A stretch of 64,000 nt of DNA from a virus: IMG/VR virus record IMGVR_UViG_3300020439_000003, positions 45,555 to 109,554 of that record. The stretch is one strand, 5' to 3'. Both the position numbers and the translations under genes were made by a program. The notes under the pieces were generated by a model that made no database searches, was not told the DNA's origin, and saw only the letters and a program-made list of their open reading frames with translations. Below, piece after piece: positions 47,091 through 55,891 of this stretch. How positions within the stretch are numbered: the stretch's first letter is position 1; each line of letters begins with the position of its first letter.

Positions 47091-48132
47091 GGCAAGTAAT
47101 AGATTGATGTATCCGCTAATCGCACCTAGGGGCGGGGTGGGTTCTGATGGAGCCATATCGAGGAAATCTAGATATCCTACTAAGGTAATGGATTACCTTA
47201 AATTCACCATTTATGAGTCAGATGAGAATTCTAACTCATATACCTATGCTGGTAAAGGCAAGGGTGGTGGTGATAAGAAAAAGATTTACAAGACAGTATA
47301 CCTCTATTTACCACATCAACTAACTGAAACTTTCAATACTGCATATGATAGGGCAGCATTAGGTCCTTTCGGTAGTGCAGCAGTTGATGCTGTGTCTGGT
47401 AGAGGATCTATGGATACATTCGTAGATAAAATTCAAAATGGTGCTAACTCTGCTAAGTCGCAGGTTGCATTCGGTGCTGTTGCTGGTATCTTTACCAACC
47501 TTTCTGGTGCTATTGGTGTAGATGGTAACCTGAGTAAGAATCAACTAGCAGCACTAGCAAAAGGCAAAGTATTCAACCCATACGAAGAAACTGTATTCCG
47601 TGGTGTAAATTATCGTCAGCATAACTTTGACTTTGATATGGCACCTCGTAATGGTGAGGAAGCATCTTCTATTAGAGACATCATTTTAACCCTCAGAGAT
47701 TCGATGCTGCCAGATACATCTGATGGTGATAAATGGTTGACCGTACCTAGATTCTTCCGTGCTGAGATTGTTAGATATACTCCTGGTAAGTTAGGTAATC
47801 AGAATGGTAATAAAATCAGCAGACCTCAAAGTCTTGCAACTCTGTTGACCTATCCTGTCAACATGGTACTAACTGGATTACAAGTCAATATGACACCTAC
47901 TGGTCAAAATAACTCCATTAGACGTGGCGATGAACTTGAAGACTACGGTCCTGCTGCATACAAGATGTCATTAACCTTCGATGAGACCGCATTCATCACT
48001 CGCGGTATGTATAGCGGCAAGAAGAAGAAATCAGGAAACGAGCAATTCTTGCCTCCCAATACCTTCTCGCTTCCTGATGATGCTATCCCGAAAATTGGAA
48101 CTGGCGACACTAACTACTTCGATTTCACCTAA
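47089..48132 (+). CDS. gp48: baseplate tail-tube cap
   Basis: LYLP...NPYEE..F.GV..R...F.F...PRN..E...I..I...MLP. Confidence 0.85.
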   Translation: MASNRLMYPLIAPRGGVGSDGAISRKSRYPTKVMDYLKFTIYESDENSNSYTYAGKGKGGGDKKKIYKTVYLYLPHQLTETFNTAYDRAALGPFGSAAVDAVSGRGSMDTFVDKIQNGANSAKSQVAFGAVAGIFTNLSGAIGVDGNLSKNQLAALAKGKVFNPYEETVFRGVNYRQHNFDFDMAPRNGEEASSIRDIILTLRDSMLPDTSDGDKWLTVPRFFRAEIVRYTPGKLGNQNGNKISRPQSLATLLTYPVNMVLTGLQVNMTPTGQNNSIRRGDELEDYGPAAYKMSLTFDETAFITRGMYSGKKKKSGNEQFLPPNTFSLPDDAIPKIGTGDTNYFDFT

Positions 48133-49085
48133 TGTCTTATTTTTCTTACTTACCTGACGTTAAAGTCCGTGTTTCGTCGTTCCGTAAAAATAACGTCGAA
48201 CCCTTTGTCATTGCTAAGAATATCTTCCGTCGCTGTAAACTGGTAGAAGATATTCAAGACGCTCTGTTGGGGTTCCAGCAATATACCATCATGAATAATC
48301 AAAGACCTGATCAGGTCGCTTTTGAGATATATGGCGACGCTGAACAGGACTGGGTGATCTTCCTCTGTAATAACATTACCAATATGTACAATGATTGGCC
48401 AATGTCAGAGAGAGAATTGACTGATTATGTAAAAACTAGATATGCAGGTCGTTTGAACGATATTCATCATTACGAAACTAGGGAAATCAGAGATGATAGT
48501 GGCAGAATCGTAATGAAAGAAGGAATTGAGGTAAATGCTAATTATCGCTATTATACACCTGATGGTAATCTAGTCCCAAATGCTTCTATTCCTATTTCTA
48601 ACTGGGAATACGAAAAAGACATAAATGACCAGAAATCCAATATCTGGTTATTAAAACCAGAATACGTTGAGACGTTTATTGACGAATTTGAACAACTAAT
48701 TGCATATGCACCAAATGACGAAATTGAGGATGTAACTGGTATTAAGTTTACACCTAATGCTGTCAATGAAACCTTTGTAATCAAGAAAGTTGATTATTCC
48801 ACAGAATACGGCAGAACAGCAGGCGTTTCGTTTGCTTCTGGTCTTGAATTGGTAAACAAAGTCGTTACTACAACTCAGACGGAAAGTGGAGCAACTGTTA
48901 CTACTTCTGTTTCTCAATCTGAGACCACAACATCTCCTGGCGTTAACAGCAGCGGTGTCGTCGCTGGAACAACTGACTCCTCTTCCACAAGTGGGACAGG
49001 CGGTACGTCCAGTGGAAGTTCCAGTGGATCGAGCAGTGGATCCAGTGGTTCTGGATCTAGCGGATCAGGTGGAGGAGGATACTGA
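48132..49085 (+). CDS. gp53: baseplate wedge subunit
   Basis: YF..LP...KNIFRR...RPD.VA...YGD...DWVI...N.I...WP...HHYET; Ser/Gly-rich tail. Confidence 0.9.
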   Translation: MSYFSYLPDVKVRVSSFRKNNVEPFVIAKNIFRRCKLVEDIQDALLGFQQYTIMNNQRPDQVAFEIYGDAEQDWVIFLCNNITNMYNDWPMSERELTDYVKTRYAGRLNDIHHYETREIRDDSGRIVMKEGIEVNANYRYYTPDGNLVPNASIPISNWEYEKDINDQKSNIWLLKPEYVETFIDEFEQLIAYAPNDEIEDVTGIKFTPNAVNETFVIKKVDYSTEYGRTAGVSFASGLELVNKVVTTTQTESGATVTTSVSQSETTTSPGVNSSGVVAGTTDSSSTSGTGGTSSGSSSGSSSGSSGSGSSGSGGGGY

Positions 49086-49241
49086 TTCTTCCTTCTTTAA
49101 CTTGAAGTAGAGTTTGTAAAATCTATCACACATCTCTCTGAGGACCTCATGGTCCTCGGTTAGACCGTATTTCTTTGTATATGTACAAGAACCCTCCATC
49201 TCAGAGATGAGAAGGAGGATTTCAACTGCTGAGGGTTTCAT
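49065..49241 (-). CDS. small hypothetical protein (58 aa)
   Basis: Hand-translated MKPSAVEILLLISEMEG...YKLYFKLKKE; ATGA-coupled. Confidence 0.55.
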   Translation of the reverse strand: MKPSAVEILLLISEMEGSCTYTKKYGLTEDHEVLREMCDRFYKLYFKLKKEESVSSST

Positions 49242-49582
49242 ATGAGACCCTTTTCTTGTGCTAAATGTAGCAAATCCTTCAAATGCCCTACATGTTTCGC
49301 TCCAAGGGCGATTTGAGGATATGTGGCGTCTGGACCAAATTCCAGTTCAAACGCTCTTTGGTCAAAATGCTGATTTAGGCGATATTCGAGAAATTCGCCT
49401 TCTAGTGATTTGAGCAGTTGTGCTGCTCTTTCACATTCTTGTGATCCGTTGCTATAAATTACTGCTGTCTGTGGGATCATTCGTCGGTTGTCCTCTACTA
49501 ACTGCTTTTTTTCATCATCCCAGATATAGTGGGTTACTTTACCGTCTTTGTCTATTACACTGCACAGACTACGATTAGTCAC
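49238..49582 (-). CDS. glutaredoxin-like protein
   Basis: AVIYSNGSQECERA...EFG..ATYPQI..G..H.G; start position uncertain. Confidence 0.65.
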   Translation of the reverse strand: MTNRSLCSVIDKDGKVTHYIWDDEKKQLVEDNRRMIPQTAVIYSNGSQECERAAQLLKSLEGEFLEYRLNQHFDQRAFELEFGPDATYPQIALGAKHVGHLKDLLHLAQEKGLI

Positions 49583-49886
49583 GTTGCCTCCAATCGTCGG
49601 GTTTGTCCCTTTTGAACCAATCAACAATTTCGTCTGCACCATCGAACCCCGTTCTGTGATTAGATGGGTCGGGGTCGCCTAATCCCATCTTATTCATAAA
49701 ATCATCCATACTGCCCTCCTCAATCCCATTAGATTGCCGACGTGCTTTCTGCAACCAGTCACGAGCGAGAGTGTGACTTTTGGCAAGTTTTTCCGCCCAG
49801 ATCATATCTGAGAGGGGCACCTCCTCGTTATTTGCAATGCAACGACAAATAGATTCGAGTCTGAGGCGATAAGCAGTTGAGAGCAT
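49575..49886 (-). CDS. conserved cyanophage hypothetical protein
   Basis: MLST.YRLRLE.IC...GLGDPDPSNH...DDWRQRD. Confidence 0.75.
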   Translation of the reverse strand: MLSTAYRLRLESICRCIANNEEVPLSDMIWAEKLAKSHTLARDWLQKARRQSNGIEEGSMDDFMNKMGLGDPDPSNHRTGFDGADEIVDWFKRDKPDDWRQRD

Positions 49887-49890
49887 ACTA

Positions 49891-50088
49891 TCACTCGCGA
49901 AGTTTAAGTTCTAAGTCTTCCAGTTTATGGTACTCAGCATGTGCGCGTTCTTGACGCTCACACACTATATTTAGGATATCTTCCATAATGACAGCGTTAT
50001 CTGCACCGTCATCAAGATATTTCTCGATCGCTTCGCGTAAGTAACGATGTCTATGCCATTCAGGGGAATAAGGTTTGTAGTGTGCCAT
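49891..50088 (-). CDS. hypothetical protein
   Basis: YKPYSPEWHRHRYL. Confidence 0.7.
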   Translation of the reverse strand: MAHYKPYSPEWHRHRYLREAIEKYLDDGADNAVIMEDILNIVCERQERAHAEYHKLEDLELKLRE

Positions 50089-50180
50089 GGTATAAAATTA
50101 TGAAAAACCCTGGGGGTCAAAAAATACTGGGAATTTTTTTCCGACCTTTTGGTAAATGAAAGTCGAAATAATATATGGGG

Positions 50181-50549
50181 TTAAAATGCTGGGTGAACGC
50201 GGTAACGTCTACGACACCTAACCCTTACCAGTTTTTCTTTGTAGTACCCAGGGTGACCGTAGTAATCAGGTTCATAGTAGAAAGTCCTGTACCCCCAGCA
50301 ACGCTTTGGTCTGTGGTGATGACCACGGTAGTGTACATGATGATGGTGATGATCATCATTGAACGGTTCCCAGAACTCCGCCCAGGTCAGTGCCTGGGCA
50401 GGAGAAGCAAACCCAACTAGCAGCACCGAAGCAGCGGCTAGTTTTGCTTTGAGAGCAGAACGACGCTTCTTTGCTTGACGCAGTGCTTGGGGTTTCAAGG
50501 TACGCTTTGCCTCTTTTTTAGAGTGGTGTTGCCAGTTGGGTACTTTCAT
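50181..50549 (-). CDS. basic N-terminus plus signal-like segment plus His-rich peptide
   Basis: PNWQHHSKK...; AAASVLLVGFASPAQA; DDHHHHHVHYRGHHHR. Confidence 0.65.
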   Translation of the reverse strand: MKVPNWQHHSKKEAKRTLKPQALRQAKKRRSALKAKLAAASVLLVGFASPAQALTWAEFWEPFNDDHHHHHVHYRGHHHRPKRCWGYRTFYYEPDYYGHPGYYKEKLVRVRCRRRYRVHPAF

Positions 50550-51454
50550 TACTCCTCTGCAAGTTTAGCGAAGTAAGAGAGATCAGGATCTTCTTCCTCT
50601 TTCATAGATGATACCGCAGATCCAAACCCACTGGGTTCAGGAGTGGACGGTTCATTGAATGACACAGGGGTATCAAGTTCCTGCTCTTCCTCTTGGACAA
50701 CAGCAGCACGAGAGGTGCGACCGAGTACAAGGTTCAAGCGTGCTTCCAGTTCCTCGTAAGACTTGAAGTTCTTAGGATCAGTGAAGTCAGAGAGTGAATA
50801 CTCCTGATTGTAGATCGCTTCCAACTGTTCGTCATCGAAGTCACCCAGTGTACCAGGTGCAGAGAACTCAGAGCGATCATAGTTCCAGTAACCATCTTGC
50901 TTGACGATCTTCAACTTGAAGTCAGCACCTTTCCAGAAGCAGAAAGGATCGATGGGTTGTTCATCTTCAAACTGAGGTTTCAGTGCCTCAACAATCTTAT
51001 CATGAATCTTCTTGCCATACTTGTAGAGGAAGACTTTGCCTTCGTTCTCAGGGTGAAGAGGATCCTTCACAACATAGATGTTGGAGTAGTATGACAGTTT
51101 ACGTTTCTGTTTGCGGGCGACATCTTTGTCTGAATCAAGTCCGCTGTTCCAAAGCACACGGTTCAGGTCACCGACAGGATCTTTCTGTTCCAGAGTGGTC
51201 AGAGAGTTCTCGATGTACCAACCGCCAGGACCTTTGAATGCGTGAGACCAGACTTGTGCCCAGGGCAGTTCCTCCTTTGCAGGTGCAGGAAGGAATCGGA
51301 TAACAGCATAACCGTTACCTGCTTTATCGACTTCGGGTTTCCACAGACGCTCGTCGGGTCCGCGACCACCACCAGTCTTGTTCATCTTGTCCAACTCCTT
51401 AGTCAGATTACTGATGCTAGAAGTGCTGGATTTTTTGAGGGATGAAAAGGACAT
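50549..51454 (-). CDS. gp32: single-stranded DNA-binding protein
   Basis: DERLWKP..DK.GNGYAVIRFLP...GGWYIENSLTT...acidic tail with YF.KLA. Confidence 0.95.
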   Translation of the reverse strand: MSFSSLKKSSTSSISNLTKELDKMNKTGGGRGPDERLWKPEVDKAGNGYAVIRFLPAPAKEELPWAQVWSHAFKGPGGWYIENSLTTLEQKDPVGDLNRVLWNSGLDSDKDVARKQKRKLSYYSNIYVVKDPLHPENEGKVFLYKYGKKIHDKIVEALKPQFEDEQPIDPFCFWKGADFKLKIVKQDGYWNYDRSEFSAPGTLGDFDDEQLEAIYNQEYSLSDFTDPKNFKSYEELEARLNLVLGRTSRAAVVQEEEQELDTPVSFNEPSTPEPSGFGSAVSSMKEEEDPDLSYFAKLAEE

Positions 51455-51526
51455 TCGTATTCTCCGTATTGGGTTTTGTATTTGGCGTGTGTGCCATGAG
51501 TATCATGGCATATTATATAGGTGTTG

Positions 51527-51892
51527 TCAAGCGTTCTCTTCTTGGAGATCCCGCTTCCAACCCAGCAGTTTGTCCTCCATGACTTGGAGGATCTGCATCA
51601 GGTTGCTTCCACCAGAGTAGATAGAGGACAGGTTGTCGATGCGATCTTTCATCTGTGCAACCTCTGATGGTTCATCACCATCTTCCTCAACATAATTGAC
51701 CATCATCTGCAAGCGTGAGTAGAACACCTTCTGTTTAGAGATGAGTTCCAACGTCTTGTTGATGTGGTCAATGCGTTCTTGTGGATCAAAATCCTGAAAG
51801 TTCTGTGACATTTTCAGGAGTTCTGTGTATGTTCCTTGAAGGTCATCAAGTTCTTCCTTGACGACCTCACTCTTAAAGAAGTCTTCGGTCAT
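51527..51892 (-). CDS. DUF1825-like protein
   Basis: FF.SEVV..EL...L..KQKVFY.RL; located upstream of gp32. Confidence 0.65.
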   Translation of the reverse strand: MTEDFFKSEVVKEELDDLQGTYTELLKMSQNFQDFDPQERIDHINKTLELISKQKVFYSRLQMMVNYVEEDGDEPSEVAQMKDRIDNLSSIYSGGSNLMQILQVMEDKLLGWKRDLQEENA

Positions 51893-52233
51893 AGTTTTCC
51901 TCCTACCACTCCGTTATTAACGACGCGAGTGTAGTCGTCGATGGTTCCATCTTGAATAGATTTGAGATGCCAGCGTGTCATTTGAAGAACACCATCCTCA
52001 GTACCACCAGTGATGAAGTGAGCACCAAGGGGACGCTTCAAGATAGATGTGAAGAGTCCAAAGCGTGTCTTCTTTATATAGAAAGCGTCATCAATCCACT
52101 CTTGGTCTGGTGGAATGATCTTCTCAATAGTATTGTTTGGTCCCAGCGATTGCTTCAACTTGGGGTGAATCATCTCCTCAGATGGGGAGGATTCCACGAC
52201 TGGTTCGTTTGATGCAGTTGAGTTGCTGTGCAT
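51889..52233 (-). CDS. hypothetical protein
   Basis: WIDDAFY...TRFGL..S...VGGKL. Confidence 0.7.
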   Translation of the reverse strand: MHSNSTASNEPVVESSPSEEMIHPKLKQSLGPNNTIEKIIPPDQEWIDDAFYIKKTRFGLFTSILKRPLGAHFITGGTEDGVLQMTRWHLKSIQDGTIDDYTRVVNNGVVGGKL

Positions 52234-52423
52234 TTGCTTTGATCTTATCTTTGAGCGGTTTACTAATTAGTTTACTTACCATTTCAACTTCGATCTCATA
52301 CTCTTCACACACCGCTGCTACTGCTTCGATGTAATTGATCAGACCGTTGTTGTTCTGGACAGCATGTTCTACGAGAGCACTGAACTTGTTCTGAGTCATA
52401 AAGTTTTCTTCTAGATTCTTCAC
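52178..52423 (-). CDS. gp33: late promoter transcription coactivator
   Basis: YIEAV...CEE..IE.E.V.KLISKPLK.KIK..AQ.LN...TSR..LP. Confidence 0.85.
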   Translation of the reverse strand: MKNLEENFMTQNKFSALVEHAVQNNNGLINYIEAVAAVCEEYEIEVEMVSKLISKPLKDKIKANAQQLNCIKRTSRGILPI

Positions 52424-53103
52424 ACTTTGCTCCCTAGAAAGTAACGGAATTCCTTGATCCATTCACACAACGTATCGATATAAGGTATCTTATCATACTT
52501 TTGAACCACTTGGGTCTGTCCATCCTCTGCGATGGAAAGTGTAACAAGTTTCTTTACCTCACATCCAGTGCGCTCCCAGTACATGTAAGAGTATGCTGCT
52601 TCCTGGACAAAGTATTTCTCCAACCACGCTTCCTGTTTCAGAGTACCCGTGGTCTTGAAGTCAATTATAGCAAGCTCGCCATCAAACTCAGCAATACAAT
52701 CAACCCTGCCAGCAAGACATAGATCGTTACTATAAAGAGGGGCTTCAATACAGTGAATGTTATCAATACGATCAAGATCCTTACGAGCAAACCCAAAAAG
52801 GTACGCGGGAAGACCCTCGCTTTTCTCCACCTTTTGAAGGTCACCTTTAAGGTACGACTCAACGATTCCATGATACTTTGATCCTCTCAATGATGATGTA
52901 CGTCTGATTTTCTCTGCCTTCTCCCAACCTACACGTTCTTCCCATGCTTTGATGGTGGGTGCAGAGATATGACTCGTGACTGTTGTCACTGAGGGATACC
53001 ATTTGTCGTCAGGCGTCTTGTAAAAACGATGCCCTTCAACTTGGGTCGCAGTGAGTTCAATGATCTCACTTGCGGGTCCCACATAATTAAATTGTTTCAT
53101 CAA
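52420..53103 (-). CDS. PD-(D/E)xK exonuclease (Cas4-like, ExoA type)
   Basis: YPSVTTV...RG..YH...AGRVDCIAEFDG.L.IIDFKT...YFVQ..AY. Confidence 0.85.
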   Translation of the reverse strand: MMKQFNYVGPASEIIELTATQVEGHRFYKTPDDKWYPSVTTVTSHISAPTIKAWEERVGWEKAEKIRRTSSLRGSKYHGIVESYLKGDLQKVEKSEGLPAYLFGFARKDLDRIDNIHCIEAPLYSNDLCLAGRVDCIAEFDGELAIIDFKTTGTLKQEAWLEKYFVQEAAYSYMYWERTGCEVKKLVTLSIAEDGQTQVVQKYDKIPYIDTLCEWIKEFRYFLGSKV

Positions 53104-53852
53104 TTAAATCCTAGATTGATCTTGCTGACGAGATACTCACGTACCATACCAGATCTAACAATGTCTTCAATACCAAACTCTACGCACTCAAACGAGGGCA
53201 TGGTTTGAAGAATCTTCATGAAGTCTAGCACACCAGTACGTTCATTGCTCTTCACAAGGTCTGACTGGGTGTAGTCACCAGAGAAAATGATCTTCGCATC
53301 TTCACCCACACGAGTGATGATGGAGTCAAGTTCGTGGAAGTTAAGGTTAGAGAACTCATCCACAATGATAACACATTTGTCAAGGGTTACGCCACGAATG
53401 AATGACGTAGACCAGAACGAGACAGTCTCCTGTGCTCTCAGGTTATCGTATAGCATCTCAAAGGATGCATCATCAGGCATGGTAAACATATACTTCACCA
53501 TGTTCTTGTAAGGAATCTGATACAGATTACTCTTATCCTCATGGTCGCCAGGAAGGAACCCAATCTCTCGGGTAGGCACCAGTGAACGAACCATGTAGAT
53601 CTTCTCGTAAGGAGACTCAGGATCTAGTACCTGTTGCATAGCAAGGTAGAGACTGATGAAGGTTTTACCTGTACCAGCAGCACCATGAAGAACAATGTTC
53701 TTTCCTTCTGCATATGCATCAAAGACTTTTCTCTGATTATCAGTCAGAGGTTCAATCTGTTTAAGGTGTTCTAGATTGATCGGTTTCTTCCGACGCATTT
53801 GCTTTGCAGTCATACCTTTTCCGACAGTTTTGGATTTACTTTTGATAGGCAT
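53100..53852 (-). CDS. phoH: PhoH-family ATPase
   Basis: GAAGTGKT, GFLPG, RGVTL, IVDEFSN, GD..QSD. Confidence 0.95.
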   Translation of the reverse strand: MPIKSKSKTVGKGMTAKQMRRKKPINLEHLKQIEPLTDNQRKVFDAYAEGKNIVLHGAAGTGKTFISLYLAMQQVLDPESPYEKIYMVRSLVPTREIGFLPGDHEDKSNLYQIPYKNMVKYMFTMPDDASFEMLYDNLRAQETVSFWSTSFIRGVTLDKCVIIVDEFSNLNFHELDSIITRVGEDAKIIFSGDYTQSDLVKSNERTGVLDFMKILQTMPSFECVEFGIEDIVRSGMVREYLVSKINLGFN

Positions 53853-53855
53853 AGA

Positions 53856-54086
53856 TCAAGTGTATCTACTAAGGTTGGCACCTGGGTGCTCAGATTGAAT
53901 CTTGGACATGACTTCTTTGAATCCGTCCGACTGTTTAGGTTTACCGTAGGTGGTGCCAGCGACACCTGCCTGCCAGTCCTTATCCCAGTCAGGGTTCTGT
54001 TCTCGCCATTCCGTGTACTCTTTCATGGTCTTGATGAAAGTCTGTTTCTCACCAGTGACCTTATTTATTACACTGTAAGTAGGCAT
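53856..54086 (-). CDS. small conserved protein (MPTY family)
   Basis: MPTY...NKVTGE...GFKEVMSKI...HP. Confidence 0.7.
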   Translation of the reverse strand: MPTYSVINKVTGEKQTFIKTMKEYTEWREQNPDWDKDWQAGVAGTTYGKPKQSDGFKEVMSKIQSEHPGANLSRYT

Positions 54087-54087
54087 G

Positions 54088-54264
54088 TTAGATGCTCCTG
54101 TTTTGTGGTAGTGCGATAGCGCAGATGTATTTACACGATGGCATATCTGCTTCAAATAGTTTCTTTGCCTCACTCTGACAGGATGCCATGTACGGTTTGT
54201 AATGGTGGCGGTTGCCTGTGCTATTCATGGTGTAGCAAATCTGATAGGGGTATTGTTTCATCAT
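54088..54264 (-). CDS. small hypothetical protein (58 aa)
   Basis: Hand-translated MMKQYPYQICY...EAKKLFEADMP; ATGA-coupled to thyX. Confidence 0.55.
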   Translation of the reverse strand: MMKQYPYQICYTMNSTGNRHHYKPYMASCQSEAKKLFEADMPSCKYICAIALPQNRSI

Positions 54265-54962
54265 GGGATAAGAAGCGCAGATTGATAACAGTGATCGTCT
54301 TGTTCATGGCATTCACAGTCGCCGTCACACCAACCCAATGCCTCAGAGACAGTAGGGAACTGGCATACGAAGTGACGCTTACAGAGTTCAGCGATCTCCA
54401 TGTGTTCTTTCTGTGTACCATTAGCAGTACGCAGATTGATGTAATGGATCCATGACCTAAGATTTCCTGTCATGTAGAGTTTTGTTCCTACGGCGAGGGG
54501 GAGTACAAAACGAGCACACTCCTTTGCGATTCCTTCTTCAAGCATCTGCTGGTAGAGTTCCATACCCTGCTTGAAATGATTCTGCATCAGGATCTCAAAC
54601 TTCTGAACCACAAAAGGATCCAGATCATCAATACTATTCTGACGATTCTTTGTGTCCTGCCTACGCAGTTCAGGCAGTTGGATGTCACCCAGAGCAGAGG
54701 AGTCTGCATATCGTTGGGAAAACTCTTGGAAGCAGAACGAACGGTGCCTCAGGATTTGAGCTCCCAGTCCCCTGGTAGTCTCAATTTGTAGAGTCATAGT
54801 TGCTTGTTCAAACACAGACCAGTGTCCATGTTGGATGCAATACTTCAATAGACCAGCAACCTTAGGGTTGTCTTGGTTTGCTGGGTTGCTTACACGGGCG
54901 ATGTACCCGATAGTTTTCTCTGCATCAGGAGTTACAGAGACAAGGCATACTTTTGGTTTCAT
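54261..54962 (-). CDS. thyX: FAD-dependent thymidylate synthase
   Basis: HWSVFEQ...QILRHRSF.FQEFSQRY (RHRxxSxR motif), KECAR.VLP. Confidence 0.95.
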   Translation of the reverse strand: MKPKVCLVSVTPDAEKTIGYIARVSNPANQDNPKVAGLLKYCIQHGHWSVFEQATMTLQIETTRGLGAQILRHRSFCFQEFSQRYADSSALGDIQLPELRRQDTKNRQNSIDDLDPFVVQKFEILMQNHFKQGMELYQQMLEEGIAKECARFVLPLAVGTKLYMTGNLRSWIHYINLRTANGTQKEHMEIAELCKRHFVCQFPTVSEALGWCDGDCECHEQDDHCYQSALLIP

Positions 54963-55207
54963 TTAATTAGAAGTCTACTCAGAATATAAAGACCAACTGA
55001 ATGGAACCAGTTGATAGCAGGAAGACCAAAGATGAATGGCATAGAGATGTTCCATGCCAACCAGATAACAAAGGGTAGAGTCAACAATCCCAAAAAGAAT
55101 GCCACCATTTCCATTCCCATTTGTTGTCCCTGAATAAAGGCAGGGTCCTTAGTCTCATCTTCTTCCTCTGTCTTCTTTAAGTTGAAGGTGTAAGGATGAT
55201 TACTCAT
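54959..55207 (-). CDS. small membrane protein
   Basis: Two hydrophobic segments. Confidence 0.7.
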   Translation of the reverse strand: MSNHPYTFNLKKTEEEDETKDPAFIQGQQMGMEMVAFFLGLLTLPFVIWLAWNISMPFIFGLPAINWFHSVGLYILSRLLIK

Positions 55208-55461
55208 TTCTTTTTCTTGTCTTTACTTTGATAACCCCAGAGTTTAGGATTGATTCTACCCTCTGTTTGTTTCATATCAATTAGATCATGGCGATAGTTG
55301 TCCCAGTAGTGATCAAAGATCTCTACCTTTTTGGAACCCATCGCAATGTCATAACATACTTTACCATCTAATTTGTAAGTTATCAAGTAAGTAGTATATG
55401 GAAGGGATGTATCGTTAGCGAGTTCTGGATTACAATCTTGATGTAGGATTTTAATCTTCAA
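55204..55461 (-). CDS. hypothetical protein
   Basis: SLPY..YL..Y...DI......V.IFD.YWD...GR.NPKLW; TTG start coupled to the upstream gene. Confidence 0.7.
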   Translation of the reverse strand: MKIKILHQDCNPELANDTSLPYTTYLITYKLDGKVCYDIAMGSKKVEIFDHYWDNYRHDLIDMKQTEGRINPKLWGYQSKDKKKK

Positions 55462-55889
55462 GAACGACCTCCCCACTGGATAGAGGGGAATGCTTCGGAC
55501 ACACACGCTTTGGTGATTTTGTATCGCTTGTTCAGTTTCTTATCCTTAGCGAGGATAACAACGTTTGCCTCATCAGGATGAAGACCTTCAAGCATCTGGA
55601 TCAACATGGATTCACGTTTGATACCAGGAATGTTTGAACCTCCCTTGAAGAAGTGGTGAAGCAATCGTGCCTCCTTCTCCAACACGTTATGTTCAGTGCC
55701 GATAGGTGCTGCATTCTTCTCGAAAGGAGGAGCACCTTCGGGGAGCAGAGAGACGATGCTCTCATCGTAATTGATGATGAAGATAGACTTCAATGCCTGA
55801 GATTCATTCTCCCTCAGGATAGCAATCTTTTCTGCCTTAGTCTTAGCGTTATGTGCTTTCTGTAAGATTTCAGAAATCAAAAGTTTCAT
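55458..55889 (-). CDS. conserved T4-like hypothetical protein
   Basis: LISEIL...LPEG.PP...RE.M.IQMLEGLH..EA. Confidence 0.75.
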   Translation of the reverse strand: MKLLISEILQKAHNAKTKAEKIAILRENESQALKSIFIINYDESIVSLLPEGAPPFEKNAAPIGTEHNVLEKEARLLHHFFKGGSNIPGIKRESMLIQMLEGLHPDEANVVILAKDKKLNKRYKITKACVSEAFPSIQWGGRS

Positions 55890-55891
55890 TG

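Noticed and set aside
52420-53103. Cas4-like nuclease as a CRISPR component
   Set aside because: It is the core exonuclease between phoH and gp33, with no array or other cas genes nearby.
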